From Candidatus Thermofontivivens primus (GTDB taxonomy: Bacteria; Sysuimicrobiota; Sysuimicrobiia; Sysuimicrobiales; Thermofontiviventaceae): DNA of 64,000 bases. Under the pieces are notes generated by a model. The model was given only the letters and a program-made list of their open reading frames with translations, did not search any database and had not been told where the DNA came from. How positions within the stretch are numbered: position 1 is the stretch's first letter; every line of letters starts with the position of its first letter. A program made the translations under genes and the position numbers. Positions 38,742 through 48,853 of the stretch are shown piece by piece. The stretch spans positions 20,390 through 84,389 of the forward strand of contig JAVKJW010000005.1 of NCBI GenBank assembly GCA_031458695.1, in the 5' to 3' direction.

Positions 38742-41507
38742 ATGCTCGAGCAGTACCGCCGCTTGAAGTCGCGGCACCCAGACGCTCTTCTTTTATTCCG
38801 CCTGGGTGATTTCTACGAGCTCTTTGAGGAAGATGCCCGCATCGCCGCGCGTGAACTCCAGCTCGTGCTCACGTCACGGTCGTTCAGCAAGGATGTGCGG
38901 CTCCCCATGTGCGGCGTCCCCCACCACTCTGTAACCTCCTACATCGCCCGCCTGATCGAACGAGGATACAAAGTAGCAGTCGTCGAGCAGTTGGAGGATC
39001 CCAGGAAGGCGAGAGGGCTCGTGAAACGGGATATCGTCCGGGTGATTACCCCCGGGACGGTGGTGGAGGAAGAGCTGCTCAAGGGATACCGGGAGAATTT
39101 CCTCGTAGCCATCGCCCACAGGAAGCAAGGATATGGGCTCTCCTTCGTGGATCTTTCCACGGGCGAGTTCGCCACCTGCCAGATCACCGGGCCGGGGGCC
39201 TGGGATCTCCTGATCGAAGAACTCCACCGCTTGCGACCGAGCGAATACATTCTCCCCGAGGGCCTCAGCCGCGATGAACGAGTCCGGCAAACGCTCCTTG
39301 AGATCGGCCCTGCGCGTATCTCCCCCCTTGACGAGAAAGCGTTCGATCCCGAGATTGCGCGCGCCCGCCTCCTGGAACACTTTGGGGTGCTCTCCCTGGA
39401 AGCTTTTGGGTGTGCAGAGCTTCCGTTGGCCATCGCCGCGAGCGGAGCGATCCTCCAATACCTGAAAGAGAATCAACCCTCTGCCTTCCTGGATCCTCGC
39501 ATCCAAGGGCAATCCCTCATGCACCTCCAACGCCTCGTCACGTACTCCCCTGAAGGATACATGCTCCTGGATGGGATCACTCGGCGCAACCTAGAGCTGA
39601 CGGAGAGCCTGCGCGATGGAACCACCCAGGGAAGCCTCCTTGATGTGCTGGATCATACCGTCACTCCCATGGGCAGGCGTCTCCTGCGAAGGTGGATCAA
39701 TCAACCCCTTCTCGATCTCTCTCAGATCCACGAGCGCCTGGACGCGGTTGGGGAGCTCGTGGAGGACAACCTGTTCCGTGGGGACCTGGGTGCCGCCCTT
39801 GAGGGGATGTCCGATGTGGAACGACTGACAGGCCGCATTGGGTTTGGGACTGCCAACGCCAGGGATCTCGTCGCCCTCAAGCGATCCCTCTTGCGCCTTC
39901 CCAGAATCAAGGAGGTGCTCCAGGGGGCGCGCACTGGACGGTTGGTCTTCCTACGAGAGAACCTGGATGACCTCCAGGATGTCTGCCGAACCATCGAGGA
40001 GGCCATTGTAGAGGATCCTCCCATCCAGCTCAAGGAAGGGGGGTTGATCAAGCCAGGATACAGCGCCGACCTGGATCACCTCCGGGAGGTGGCTGCGCGG
40101 GGGAAAGGCTGGCTGGCGGAATTGGAGGCAGCCGAGCGGGCCCGTACCGGGATCAAGGGGCTACGGATCCGGTATAATGAGGTCTTCGGCTTCTTCCTCG
40201 AGGTGCCCAGGAGCCAGAGCCACCTTGTCCCTCCGGAGTACGAGCGTCGGGCAACGATTACGCACGCCGAACGCTTCATCACTCCTGCGCTGCGCGCCAA
40301 AGAGGGAGAGATCTTGGGGGCGGAGGAACGGATCAGGGAGCTCGAGTACGAGCTCTTCGTGGAAGTTCGCACTAGGGTGGCGAGGGAGGTCGCACGCCTC
40401 CAGGAAACGGCAAGGATCTTGGCTGAGCTTGACGTGCTTGCCTCTCTGGCAGAGGCCGCAGCGCGATATGGGTATGTGAAGCCAATCGTCGATGAGGGCG
40501 ATGAGATCGAGATCCGGGAGGGACGCCACCCCGTGGTGGAGCGCTATCTCCCAGAAGGGAAGCGGTTCGTCCCGAACGATACCATGCTCAACCTCACCCA
40601 TCACCGCCTGATCCTCCTCACCGGGCCCAACATGTCAGGCAAATCGGTGTACATCCGGCAGGTCGCCTTGATCGTATTGATGGCCCAGATGGGGAGCTTT
40701 GTCCCAGCTTCCCACGCCCGGATCGGGCTTGTGGACCGCATCTTCAGCCGAGTGGGGGCGACGGACGACATCTCGCAAGGGAGGAGCACTTTCCTTGTGG
40801 AGATGAGCGAGACGAGTTATATCCTACACCACGCAACTACCCGGAGTCTTGTCATTCTTGATGAAGTAGGGAGGGGTACAAGCACCTACGATGGGATCAG
40901 CCTCGCCTGGGCGGTGGCGGAGTACTTGCACAACCACATCGGTGCGAAAACGCTCTTTGCCACGCACTTCCACGAGCTGACTCGCCTCGCTGGCAAGACA
41001 GGGGAGGAGGGGAGGTCCGGGCAACTTGGCAAGAGGGTCGGCAGAAGGTTCGTTCCCATGCCGCACCCTCAACTCCCAGGAGCGAAGAACTACACCATGG
41101 CTGTGAAGGAGCAGGGAAGCGAGATCCTCTTCCTGTACCGGGTGATCCCAGGGACCACGGATCGGAGCTACGGGATCCATGTGGCTCAGCTTGCCGGCCT
41201 TCCTGCTCCAGTGATCTCCAGGGCTCAGGAGATCCTCCAGATACTGGAACGGGCGAACGGCGCGGTTCCGCTCAGAGAGGGAGAAGGGGAAGTGATCCCA
41301 TTCCCGCGGGTCGACGAGGCGCGCGGGAAGGTCTTGGATACCCTCGCCAGCGTGGACATTGCATCGACGACCCCTCTTGAGGCGTTGAACCTCTTGTATC
41401 ATTTGCAGCAACAGGTTCGTGAGGCCAGGGTCCAGGGGATGGAGCACCTCAGGAGGGGACCTCGCCAAGATCTCCCGAGAGATTTTGGTGAGGTGGCACC
41501 GCGATGA
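38742..41507 (+). CDS. mutS: DNA mismatch repair protein MutS.
   Basis: Start at MLEQYRRLKSRHPDALLLFRLGDFYELF (the track ORF begins upstream). Walker A GPNMSGKS. Roughly 60-aa insertion near the C-terminus. Confidence 0.9.
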   Translation: MLEQYRRLKSRHPDALLLFRLGDFYELFEEDARIAARELQLVLTSRSFSKDVRLPMCGVPHHSVTSYIARLIERGYKVAVVEQLEDPRKARGLVKRDIVRVITPGTVVEEELLKGYRENFLVAIAHRKQGYGLSFVDLSTGEFATCQITGPGAWDLLIEELHRLRPSEYILPEGLSRDERVRQTLLEIGPARISPLDEKAFDPEIARARLLEHFGVLSLEAFGCAELPLAIAASGAILQYLKENQPSAFLDPRIQGQSLMHLQRLVTYSPEGYMLLDGITRRNLELTESLRDGTTQGSLLDVLDHTVTPMGRRLLRRWINQPLLDLSQIHERLDAVGELVEDNLFRGDLGAALEGMSDVERLTGRIGFGTANARDLVALKRSLLRLPRIKEVLQGARTGRLVFLRENLDDLQDVCRTIEEAIVEDPPIQLKEGGLIKPGYSADLDHLREVAARGKGWLAELEAAERARTGIKGLRIRYNEVFGFFLEVPRSQSHLVPPEYERRATITHAERFITPALRAKEGEILGAEERIRELEYELFVEVRTRVAREVARLQETARILAELDVLASLAEAAARYGYVKPIVDEGDEIEIREGRHPVVERYLPEGKRFVPNDTMLNLTHHRLILLTGPNMSGKSVYIRQVALIVLMAQMGSFVPASHARIGLVDRIFSRVGATDDISQGRSTFLVEMSETSYILHHATTRSLVILDEVGRGTSTYDGISLAWAVAEYLHNHIGAKTLFATHFHELTRLAGKTGEEGRSGQLGKRVGRRFVPMPHPQLPGAKNYTMAVKEQGSEILFLYRVIPGTTDRSYGIHVAQLAGLPAPVISRAQEILQILERANGAVPLREGEGEVIPFPRVDEARGKVLDTLASVDIASTTPLEALNLLYHLQQQVREARVQGMEHLRRGPRQDLPRDFGEVAPR

Positions 41508-43123
41508 CCATCCGCATCCTGGACCGTTCCGTGGTCGAGCGCATCGCCGCGGGAGAGGTTATCGAACGTCCAGCCTCTGTGGTCAAAGAACTGATTGAGA
41601 ACGCCCTTGACGCCGGCAGCACGGCGATCCACGTAGAGATCCTCGACGGCGGCCTCTCCTATATCCGGGTCAGCGACAACGGGTGTGGGATGACTGCAGA
41701 GGACGCGGTGTTGGCCTTAGAGCGCTTCGCCACGAGCAAGATCTCTTCAAGCGAGGACCTAGATAAGATCCGTACGCTAGGGTTCCGAGGAGAGGCCCTA
41801 CCGAGCATCGCATCAGTGAGCCGCCTGGAGCTTGTGACACGGGCCTCCCCTGCACCAGAGGGGAGGCGCCTGATCGCGGAGGGAGGGGCGGTTACCGTTG
41901 AGGCGGCCGCTAGTCCTGTGGGGACCAGCGTCACAGTCCGCGACCTCTTCTACAATACCCCTGCACGCCGGAAGTTCCTCAAATCTCCTCTGAGGGAGGC
42001 CGAGCTGGTGCAGAGGACGGTCCTCCGGTACGCCCTCGCCTACCCGCAAGTTGCCTTTCGCCTCACCATTGACAGAAGAGAGAGCCTAGTACTCCCCCAA
42101 GGGAAGCTCCTGGATCGGATCGCTGCCCTGTGGGGGAGGGAGGTTGCTTCGGAGATGCTGGAGGTCCAGTGGGAGGGTGTTGATCTCCACGTGTGGGGGT
42201 ATGTCAGCCGGCCTACCATCGCCAAGGCAAGCCGGGAATTCCAACACCTCTTTGTCAACGGCCGGCCAGTACGCCCAGGATTTCTCTCTGTGGCCATAGA
42301 ACGTCCCTACCATGGCCTCCTCCCGCCGGGGAGGCACCCTCTCGCGGTCCTCTCCCTGGTGATCCACCCATCCCTCGTCGATGTGAACGTCCACCCCCAA
42401 AAGGCGGAGATTCGGTTCCTCCAGGAGAGGTCAGTCTACTGGGCGATTTCGCAGGCGATCGGAAAGGCGCTCTCTCGCATTTCCCCTGAAGAGATTCCCC
42501 AGCAGGCTTGGCCATTCCCCGAAAGTAGGGCTGAGGAAGTTCGAGAAACCCCCACCCCCTACATTGGAGACCTCCGTGTCTTGGGCCAGCTACACCACAC
42601 CTATATCCTTGCGATAGATCCTCAAGGGCTCTGGATTGTGGACCAACATGCCGCCCACGAGCAGGTTCTCTTTGAGCGGATCCTCAAAAACCCTAGCCCT
42701 GTGATCCTTTCCCCGCCAGTGAGCCTCCAGGTCCCCCCTCGGGAAGGGGAACTCCTGCGTACCTTCCAGGAAGTTCTTGAGGCGATTGGCGTCGAGATGG
42801 AACCATTTGGGGGCCAGACCATTCTCATCCGCTCCGTCCCTGAGGTTGCTAAAACCGTAGACCTCACCGAGCTCCTAGTCGAAATCGGCGGAGTTCTTGA
42901 TCGCTACAGAGGTAGTCTCTCTGAACACCTCCGAGAGCAGTTGGCAATGAAGGTTGCATGCATCGCTGCCTATAAGAGCGGGGATCCTCTTACTCGTGAG
43001 CAGATGCAATCCCTTCTGGACGAGCTCCAGACCGCCTGGTCCCCTGCAACCTGCCCTCACGGCCGGCCAACCTTCGTGATCCTCTCCGTGGAGGAATTGG
43101 AGCGGAGGTTTCTGCGGAGATGA
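41504..43123 (+). CDS. mutL: DNA mismatch repair protein MutL.
   Basis: GHKL ATPase N-terminus (IAAGEVIERPASVVKELIENALDAG). C-terminal dimerisation/endonuclease domain with DQHAAHE motif. Confidence 0.9.
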   Translation: MTIRILDRSVVERIAAGEVIERPASVVKELIENALDAGSTAIHVEILDGGLSYIRVSDNGCGMTAEDAVLALERFATSKISSSEDLDKIRTLGFRGEALPSIASVSRLELVTRASPAPEGRRLIAEGGAVTVEAAASPVGTSVTVRDLFYNTPARRKFLKSPLREAELVQRTVLRYALAYPQVAFRLTIDRRESLVLPQGKLLDRIAALWGREVASEMLEVQWEGVDLHVWGYVSRPTIAKASREFQHLFVNGRPVRPGFLSVAIERPYHGLLPPGRHPLAVLSLVIHPSLVDVNVHPQKAEIRFLQERSVYWAISQAIGKALSRISPEEIPQQAWPFPESRAEEVRETPTPYIGDLRVLGQLHHTYILAIDPQGLWIVDQHAAHEQVLFERILKNPSPVILSPPVSLQVPPREGELLRTFQEVLEAIGVEMEPFGGQTILIRSVPEVAKTVDLTELLVEIGGVLDRYRGSLSEHLREQLAMKVACIAAYKSGDPLTREQMQSLLDELQTAWSPATCPHGRPTFVILSVEELERRFLRR

Positions 43124-44073
43124 TCCCACATGGTCCTTTGATCGTCATCTGTGGCCCCACGGCGGTCGGGAAGACCGCTGCGAGTATCGAGGTTGCCAAG
43201 GCAATTGGGGGAGAGATCATCTGTGCAGATTCGCGGACTGTCTACCGATACATGGATATTGGGACCGCCAAGCCGACGGAGGATCAGCGGCGGCAGGTTC
43301 CCCATCACCTCCTGGACGTAGCTGACCCCTCCGAAGTCTTCACCGTCGTCCAGTTCGTGGCAATGGCCGAGGAGGCCATCCGGAGCATTCATGAAAAGGG
43401 GAAGGTTCCCCTTCTGGTAGGGGGTACGGGCCTCTACATCCGTGCGGTAGTGGACGGGCTGACGATCCCAATGGTTCCCCCGAACTGGGAGCTTCGGTCC
43501 CGCCTGGAGGAGGAGGCAAGGAAGTTCGGACCAGAGGCCTTGCACCGCCGGCTCGCCGAGACTGACCCCGTCGCGGCACAACGCATTCACCCTGGAAACG
43601 TCCGGAGGGTCATCCGAGCGCTGGAGGTGTACGCGGCCACAGGTCGTCCCATCTCTTCCATGCAGTCCCGCAAAGGATCTCCCTATACTGTCACCATGAT
43701 CGGCCTTACCCTGGACCGGCCAAAGCTCTATGCACGCATCGCAGACAGAGTCTATACACAAATCCACCAGGGCCTCGTGGAGGAAGTCAGAAGCCTCCTT
43801 GCGCGGGGATATTCCCGAGAGCTCCCTGCTATGCAAGGGCTCGGATACAAGGAGATTGCGGGGTACCTGCAGGGAGAGTACTCGCTGGAGGAGGCGATCC
43901 GGCGGGTGATTGTCAACACCCGCCGCTACGCCAAACGGCAGTTTACCTGGTTTCTCCGGGATCCCCGGATCCAGTGGATCGACGTGGACGATCTTTCTCC
44001 CCCTGAAATAGCAAGGAGGATCCTCGGCTTGCTGGGGGAGATTGGAGCTCGGGGGAAGAGTGTGGTACCATGA
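43120..44073 (+). CDS. miaA: tRNA dimethylallyltransferase MiaA.
   Basis: ICGPTAVGKT P-loop, 317 aa. ATGA overlap with mutL. No hfq downstream. Confidence 0.9.
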   Translation: MIPHGPLIVICGPTAVGKTAASIEVAKAIGGEIICADSRTVYRYMDIGTAKPTEDQRRQVPHHLLDVADPSEVFTVVQFVAMAEEAIRSIHEKGKVPLLVGGTGLYIRAVVDGLTIPMVPPNWELRSRLEEEARKFGPEALHRRLAETDPVAAQRIHPGNVRRVIRALEVYAATGRPISSMQSRKGSPYTVTMIGLTLDRPKLYARIADRVYTQIHQGLVEEVRSLLARGYSRELPAMQGLGYKEIAGYLQGEYSLEEAIRRVIVNTRRYAKRQFTWFLRDPRIQWIDVDDLSPPEIARRILGLLGEIGARGKSVVP

Positions 44074-44177
44074 GGCAAATAGATGGAACAAGGAGGCGGA
44101 TTCGCTCGCCCAGCGAAGGAGTCTTGGCGTAATCTTTTGGTAAGACCTCTTAAGGGTACTGGAGGGGAGGAAAGGGT

Positions 44178-45350
44178 ATGGAGTCCAAGAGGTTACAGCG
44201 AGTCCCAAGTTACCTGTTCAGCGATCTTGACCGGAAACAGGAGGCTCTGCAAGCCCAGGGAATGGATGTGATCAACCTGGGGGTAGGGGACCCTGATCTC
44301 CCCCCGCCTCCTCATGTCGTAGAAGCGCTGCGGCAGGCACTCAACGAACCGGCAAACCACCGGTATCCCCCTTACGCGGGAACGAAGGAGTTCCGGGAGG
44401 CGGTTGCCCAGTGGTACCAGCGAAGGTTTGGGGTGAGCCTGGATCCAGACCGCGAGGTACTCGCACTGATCGGTTCCAAAGAAGGACTGGCTCATCTCCC
44501 GTGGGCCCTCCTCGACCCTGGCGACGTTGCGCTTGTACCCGACCCAGGTTACCCGGTGTATAAGACAGCTGTCTTGCTGGCAGATGGGGAACCCTTCCCA
44601 GTTCCATTAGATCCTCAAAGTGGCTTCCTTCCTGATTTGGAGACTATCCCTCCAGAGATTGCACGGAGGGCGAAGGTCTTCTTTCTGAATTATCCAAACA
44701 ATCCTACAGCAGGTGTAGCAACCAAGGAGTTCTTCAGGGACCTTGTGAAGTTTGCACAAGATTATGGTATTATCCTTGTGCAGGATAACTCCTATTCTGA
44801 GATCGCCTATGATGGATATAGACCCCCGAGCCTCCTAGAGGTCGAGGGGGCCAAAGAGGTAGGGATTGAATTCCACTCGCTCTCTAAGACATACTGTATC
44901 ACGGGGTGGCGCATTGGGTTTGTCGTGGGCAATCCCAAGGTGGTAGGAGCGCTTGGGAAGCTCAAGACGAACCTAGACTCGGGAGTGTTCCGGGCAATCC
45001 AACATGCGGGAACGGTGGCCCTCAATGGGCCTCAGGACGAGGTCCTCAAGCGGTTGGAGGTCTTCCAACGGCGCAGGGATCTTGTGGTCAACCGCCTCCG
45101 GGAACTTGGGTGGGAGGTGCCGCTTCCCAAAGCAACGTTTTATATCTGGCTCCGAACCCCCGATGGTTCAACTGCGAGAACCTTCGCAGAGACCGTGTTG
45201 ATGCGGACCGGGGTGGTGGTCACTCCTGGAAGCGGGTATGGTGAGAGGGGAGAAGGATATGTCCGCCTCTCGATCACTGTACCCGATGCCCGCCTTGAGG
45301 AAGCCCTCAACCGGATCACCGAAGCATTCAAGGGCTTCGGGCAAGGTTGA
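44178..45350 (+). CDS. Class-I PLP aminotransferase, probably LL-diaminopimelate aminotransferase (DapL type).
   Basis: 390 aa. N-terminus ...YLFSDLDRKQEALQAQGMDVINLGVGDPDLPPP..., typical of LL-DAP aminotransferase / AspB-like enzymes. Confidence 0.75.
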   Translation: MESKRLQRVPSYLFSDLDRKQEALQAQGMDVINLGVGDPDLPPPPHVVEALRQALNEPANHRYPPYAGTKEFREAVAQWYQRRFGVSLDPDREVLALIGSKEGLAHLPWALLDPGDVALVPDPGYPVYKTAVLLADGEPFPVPLDPQSGFLPDLETIPPEIARRAKVFFLNYPNNPTAGVATKEFFRDLVKFAQDYGIILVQDNSYSEIAYDGYRPPSLLEVEGAKEVGIEFHSLSKTYCITGWRIGFVVGNPKVVGALGKLKTNLDSGVFRAIQHAGTVALNGPQDEVLKRLEVFQRRRDLVVNRLRELGWEVPLPKATFYIWLRTPDGSTARTFAETVLMRTGVVVTPGSGYGERGEGYVRLSITVPDARLEEALNRITEAFKGFGQG

Positions 45351-45407
45351 TAGGTTCCTTCTGGGGTCACTGAAGATCGGCAGAGGCAGGGATTCACTAA
45401 AGGGGAG

Positions 45408-47222
45408 ATGGGAAGCCTGGAAAGGATCCATGGCCTGACGAAAGGGATCAAGGAAGAGCACCGGAAAGCTTTGGAAGCCCTCCGGGGGTTCACCATTCCT
45501 TCGAACGTCATTTGCACCCCAGAGCTTGCTGGAGAGATCGCCTACCTAAGTCACGTCATTGGGAGAGATGTGGGTGTCCTCGTGGACCGTCACGGATCGG
45601 TCCATGAGGTCGTACTTGGCCACCGGTGGGGGTCGTGGTTAGAGGAGATCCCGCCACGGAGTGGCTCCCAACCACTTGCTGGGCTTCGCCTCATCGAGGC
45701 CCATCCCGTGAGGGACGGGAGGCCCACGGATGCGGAGCGAAGGCTCCTGTTTGACGCGGGCCTCGACCTCCTCGTCACTCTCGGTTCTGCCGATGGCTTG
45801 CCTACGGAGGCGTGGATCGCTACTTTGGGGGCATGCGATGGTCGTCTCACCATCCATGAAGAGGGCCCCTACACCATGGACACCCTTGCGCACCTTGACC
45901 TCGCCTATCGCGTCCGCTCAGCCGAAAAAGCCCTCCGTTCCACTCTGTTGAGGCCTATCAGGGCTCCGACAAAGGAACGGGCAATTCTTGTGGCCCTTCA
46001 AAGGGGTGGAGGCGCGGATTGGGAGATAGAGGACTCCCTGGAGGAGCTCACCCGTCTTGCGGAGACCGCAGGAGCCCAGGTGGTGGGCGTGATCACCCAA
46101 CAACGCAAGAGCCCTGATCCAGCCACGTTCATCGGTCGCGGGAAGGTCCAGGACGTTCTGCGTATGAGCGATGAAAAGGAAGCGAACCTGGTGATCTTTG
46201 ACGATGAGCTTACCCCAGCACAACAGCGGAACCTGGAGCAAGCACTTGGGCTCAAGGTCATCGACCGTACCGCGCTCGTCCTGGACATTTTTGCTCGGAG
46301 AGCGCGGACACGAGAGGGCCGTTTGCAAGTAGAACTCGCCCAGTTGCAGTATATGCTCCCACGCCTCGCAGGGAGGGGCGTCTGGCTTTCCCGCCTCGGA
46401 GGCGGCATTGGAACACGAGGCCCTGGCGAGACGAAACTGGAAGTGGACCGGAGGCATATTCGAAGCCGCATCACCGACTTGAAGCGAGAGATCCAGGAGA
46501 TCAGCCGGCACCGTCGGCTCCACCGGGAGGCCAGGAAGGAGGCGGTACTTCCGGTAGTGGCCCTTGTGGGGTACACCAACGCCGGCAAGTCGACCCTCCT
46601 AAATGCTCTCACCAACGCGAATGCTTTCGTGGAGGACAAGCTCTTTGCCACACTGGATCCTCTCGTCCGGAAGGCGATCCTTCCCGATGGGCGAGCGGTC
46701 CTGTTCGTGGACACTGTCGGGTTCATCCGGAAGCTCCCCACCCAGCTCGTGGCAGCCTTCCGGGCAACTCTGGAGGAGGTTGTAGAATCCACCTTGCTTG
46801 TCCATGTCGTGGATGCCACCCACCCGCGCAGGCTGGAGCAGGTTCAGGTGGTCAATGCGATTCTAGAGGAGCTAGGAGCTTTAGAAAAGCCCGTCGTATA
46901 TGCCTTGAACAAGGTGGATGCACTTTCTCCACAGGAAGTGCAAAGGATCCAGATGGAGATTCCCGAGGGCGTACCAGTCTCGGCGTTGTATCATAGAGGC
47001 CTTGCAGACCTCCTTGCGCGTATCTCCGAGCGCCTCCCTGGTCGCCCTGAACGCCTTCACCTGCGGATTCCTTATACAAAAGCAAGGCTTCTAGCGGAAA
47101 TTCGCGAGCGTGGGAAGGTCCTCGCAGAGGAGTTTAAAGAGGAGTGGATAGAGATAGAGGCAGAGGTACCCCCCGCGGCAGCGAACCAGCTCAGAGCTTT
47201 CTTGCACGCCGAAACGCAGTAG
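45408..47222 (+). CDS. hflX: GTPase HflX with a roughly 170-aa N-terminal extension.
   Basis: HflX N-domain, G-domain (GYTNAGKSTLLNAL, DTVGF, NKVD) and C-domain. The extra N-terminal region has no recognisable motif. Confidence 0.85.
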   Translation: MGSLERIHGLTKGIKEEHRKALEALRGFTIPSNVICTPELAGEIAYLSHVIGRDVGVLVDRHGSVHEVVLGHRWGSWLEEIPPRSGSQPLAGLRLIEAHPVRDGRPTDAERRLLFDAGLDLLVTLGSADGLPTEAWIATLGACDGRLTIHEEGPYTMDTLAHLDLAYRVRSAEKALRSTLLRPIRAPTKERAILVALQRGGGADWEIEDSLEELTRLAETAGAQVVGVITQQRKSPDPATFIGRGKVQDVLRMSDEKEANLVIFDDELTPAQQRNLEQALGLKVIDRTALVLDIFARRARTREGRLQVELAQLQYMLPRLAGRGVWLSRLGGGIGTRGPGETKLEVDRRHIRSRITDLKREIQEISRHRRLHREARKEAVLPVVALVGYTNAGKSTLLNALTNANAFVEDKLFATLDPLVRKAILPDGRAVLFVDTVGFIRKLPTQLVAAFRATLEEVVESTLLVHVVDATHPRRLEQVQVVNAILEELGALEKPVVYALNKVDALSPQEVQRIQMEIPEGVPVSALYHRGLADLLARISERLPGRPERLHLRIPYTKARLLAEIRERGKVLAEEFKEEWIEIEAEVPPAAANQLRAFLHAETQ

Positions 47223-47230
47223 GGATTTAT

Positions 47231-47845
47231 CTAATGCAAACGCCGGATGAGTGCAATAGCTTTCCCCAGGATGACCACGTCCCGGACGAGAATGGGCTCC
47301 ATGGCGGGGTTTTCTGGTTGCAACCGGATGTACTCGCGCTCCTTGTAGAATCGCTTGACTGTCGCTTCGTCCTCCAGAAGGGCAACGACGATATCTCCGT
47401 TCTCGGCAGTCTGTTGCCTGCGTACCAGAAGAAGATCACCGTCGAAGATCCCGGCACCGACCATGCTGTCGCCACGAACGCGGAGTAGGAAAACTTCCTC
47501 GCCACGCACGAAATCCCAAGGAAGAGGGAAGACATCTTCGATATTCTCCACGGCGAGAATAGGCTGCCCTGCCGTGACCCGGCCGATAATCGGAACGGGC
47601 ACAACCCGCTTCATGGGAAGGCTTGTCTCATCACGGAGGATCTCGATGGCTCGGGGTTTTGTGGGATCCCGGTGGATATATCCTTTCTTTTCCAAGGCGG
47701 CAAGGTGGCTGTGGACCGTTGAGCTGCTGGTCAGTCCAAGGGCGCGCCCGATCTCCCGCACTGAGGGTGGATATCCTCGGGAACGTGTGTACTCCTGGAT
47801 ATACGAGAGGATTTCCCGCTGCCGTTTTGTCAGGGCTTTGCTCAT
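47231..47845 (-). CDS. lexA: SOS repressor LexA.
   Basis: Start at [19 protein letters not shown]... (wHTH). C-terminal S24 peptidase with Ser-Lys dyad (GDSM ... VKRF). Confidence 0.9.
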   Translation of the reverse strand: MSKALTKRQREILSYIQEYTRSRGYPPSVREIGRALGLTSSSTVHSHLAALEKKGYIHRDPTKPRAIEILRDETSLPMKRVVPVPIIGRVTAGQPILAVENIEDVFPLPWDFVRGEEVFLLRVRGDSMVGAGIFDGDLLLVRRQQTAENGDIVVALLEDEATVKRFYKEREYIRLQPENPAMEPILVRDVVILGKAIALIRRLH

Positions 47846-47904
47846 AGGAAGCCCTCCTTCTGAAGTCTTCACCGGGCAGATTATACCACAACTTCCATCT
47901 TTTG

Positions 47905-47920
47905 GCAAACATTTGTTCGC
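47905..47920. promoter_or_regulatory. Cheo-like LexA box in the lexA / DUF72 divergent promoter region.
   Basis: gcAAACATTTGTTCgc, same class as the recA box. A second palindrome, TGTTTAttatgTAAACA, lies about 20 bp away at about 47940-47957. Confidence 0.55.
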
Positions 47921-48055
47921 AAAGAACTTATTTCGCATAATGTTTATTATGTAAACAACCTTCTTTGAGAAGGGCGTTGAGGTATCGCTCCCCGCTGAGG
48001 AGTAAAATAAAGGCCGGAGCCACACCTTCTCCTCGCGAATGGTAGGGTCGACAGG

Positions 48056-48853
48056 ATGGCAAGGGCATGGATCGGTACTTCAGGATATAACTATGCCCAC
48101 TGGGAGGGAGTCTTCTATCCTCAAGGGTTGCCAGCACGTAAGTGGCTTTCTTACTATGCTCAGAGGTTTTCCATCGTCGAGTTGAACGTCACGTTTTACC
48201 GACTTCCACAGAAGAAAACCTTTGAGACGTGGGCGAAGACAGCGCCTGAAGGGTTTGTCTTTGTTCTCAAAGGGAGCCGTTTCATTACGCACATTAAGCG
48301 GTTAAAGGAAACGGAAAGCTCTCTCTATATCCTGTTCGACCAGTCCTCACCTCTTGCGGACAGGATCGCCGCCGTCCTCTGGCAGCTCCCTCCACGCTTC
48401 CGGGCGGACCTGGAACGCCTGGAAAGCTTCCTGCAGGCTCTGCGCGCTTCTCCCTTGGCCCAGCGCTACCGCCATGCTTTCGAGTTCCGGGATATGACGT
48501 GGTTCCGCGATGACATCTACGAGATCTTGAAAAAGCACAATGTCGCCCTCGTCCTTGCAGATTGGCCCTTCCAGGTGCTCGGGCCAGGGATGAAAGCCCA
48601 GCACATTGACAGGGAGGCGATCCAGGTCCCCCATACTGCCAATTTCGTCTATCTCCGCCGACACGGGCCCGGGGCGCTGTTCAGCAGCAACTACCCGGAG
48701 AGGATGATCAAATCTGACGCAGAGGCAATCCAGAAGTGGCTCGCGGAGGGCCGGGAGGTCTATTGTTTCTACAACAACGATGTCGCTGGCTATGCCGTCA
48801 AGAATGCGTTAAAGCTGAAGGAGCTGGTAGAAGGAAAGGGATCAGCGTCCTGA
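48056..48853 (+). CDS. DUF72 (UPF0759, YecE-like) family protein.
   Basis: [22 protein letters not shown]...[15 protein letters not shown]... is canonical DUF72. Divergent from lexA. Confidence 0.8.
   Translation: MARAWIGTSGYNYAHWEGVFYPQGLPARKWLSYYAQRFSIVELNVTFYRLPQKKTFETWAKTAPEGFVFVLKGSRFITHIKRLKETESSLYILFDQSSPLADRIAAVLWQLPPRFRADLERLESFLQALRASPLAQRYRHAFEFRDMTWFRDDIYEILKKHNVALVLADWPFQVLGPGMKAQHIDREAIQVPHTANFVYLRRHGPGALFSSNYPERMIKSDAEAIQKWLAEGREVYCFYNNDVAGYAVKNALKLKELVEGKGSAS

Noticed and set aside
44074-44177. Expected hfq gene downstream of miaA.
   Set aside because: The only ORF there (62 aa) has no Sm-fold sequence features. hfq is simply absent at this position.
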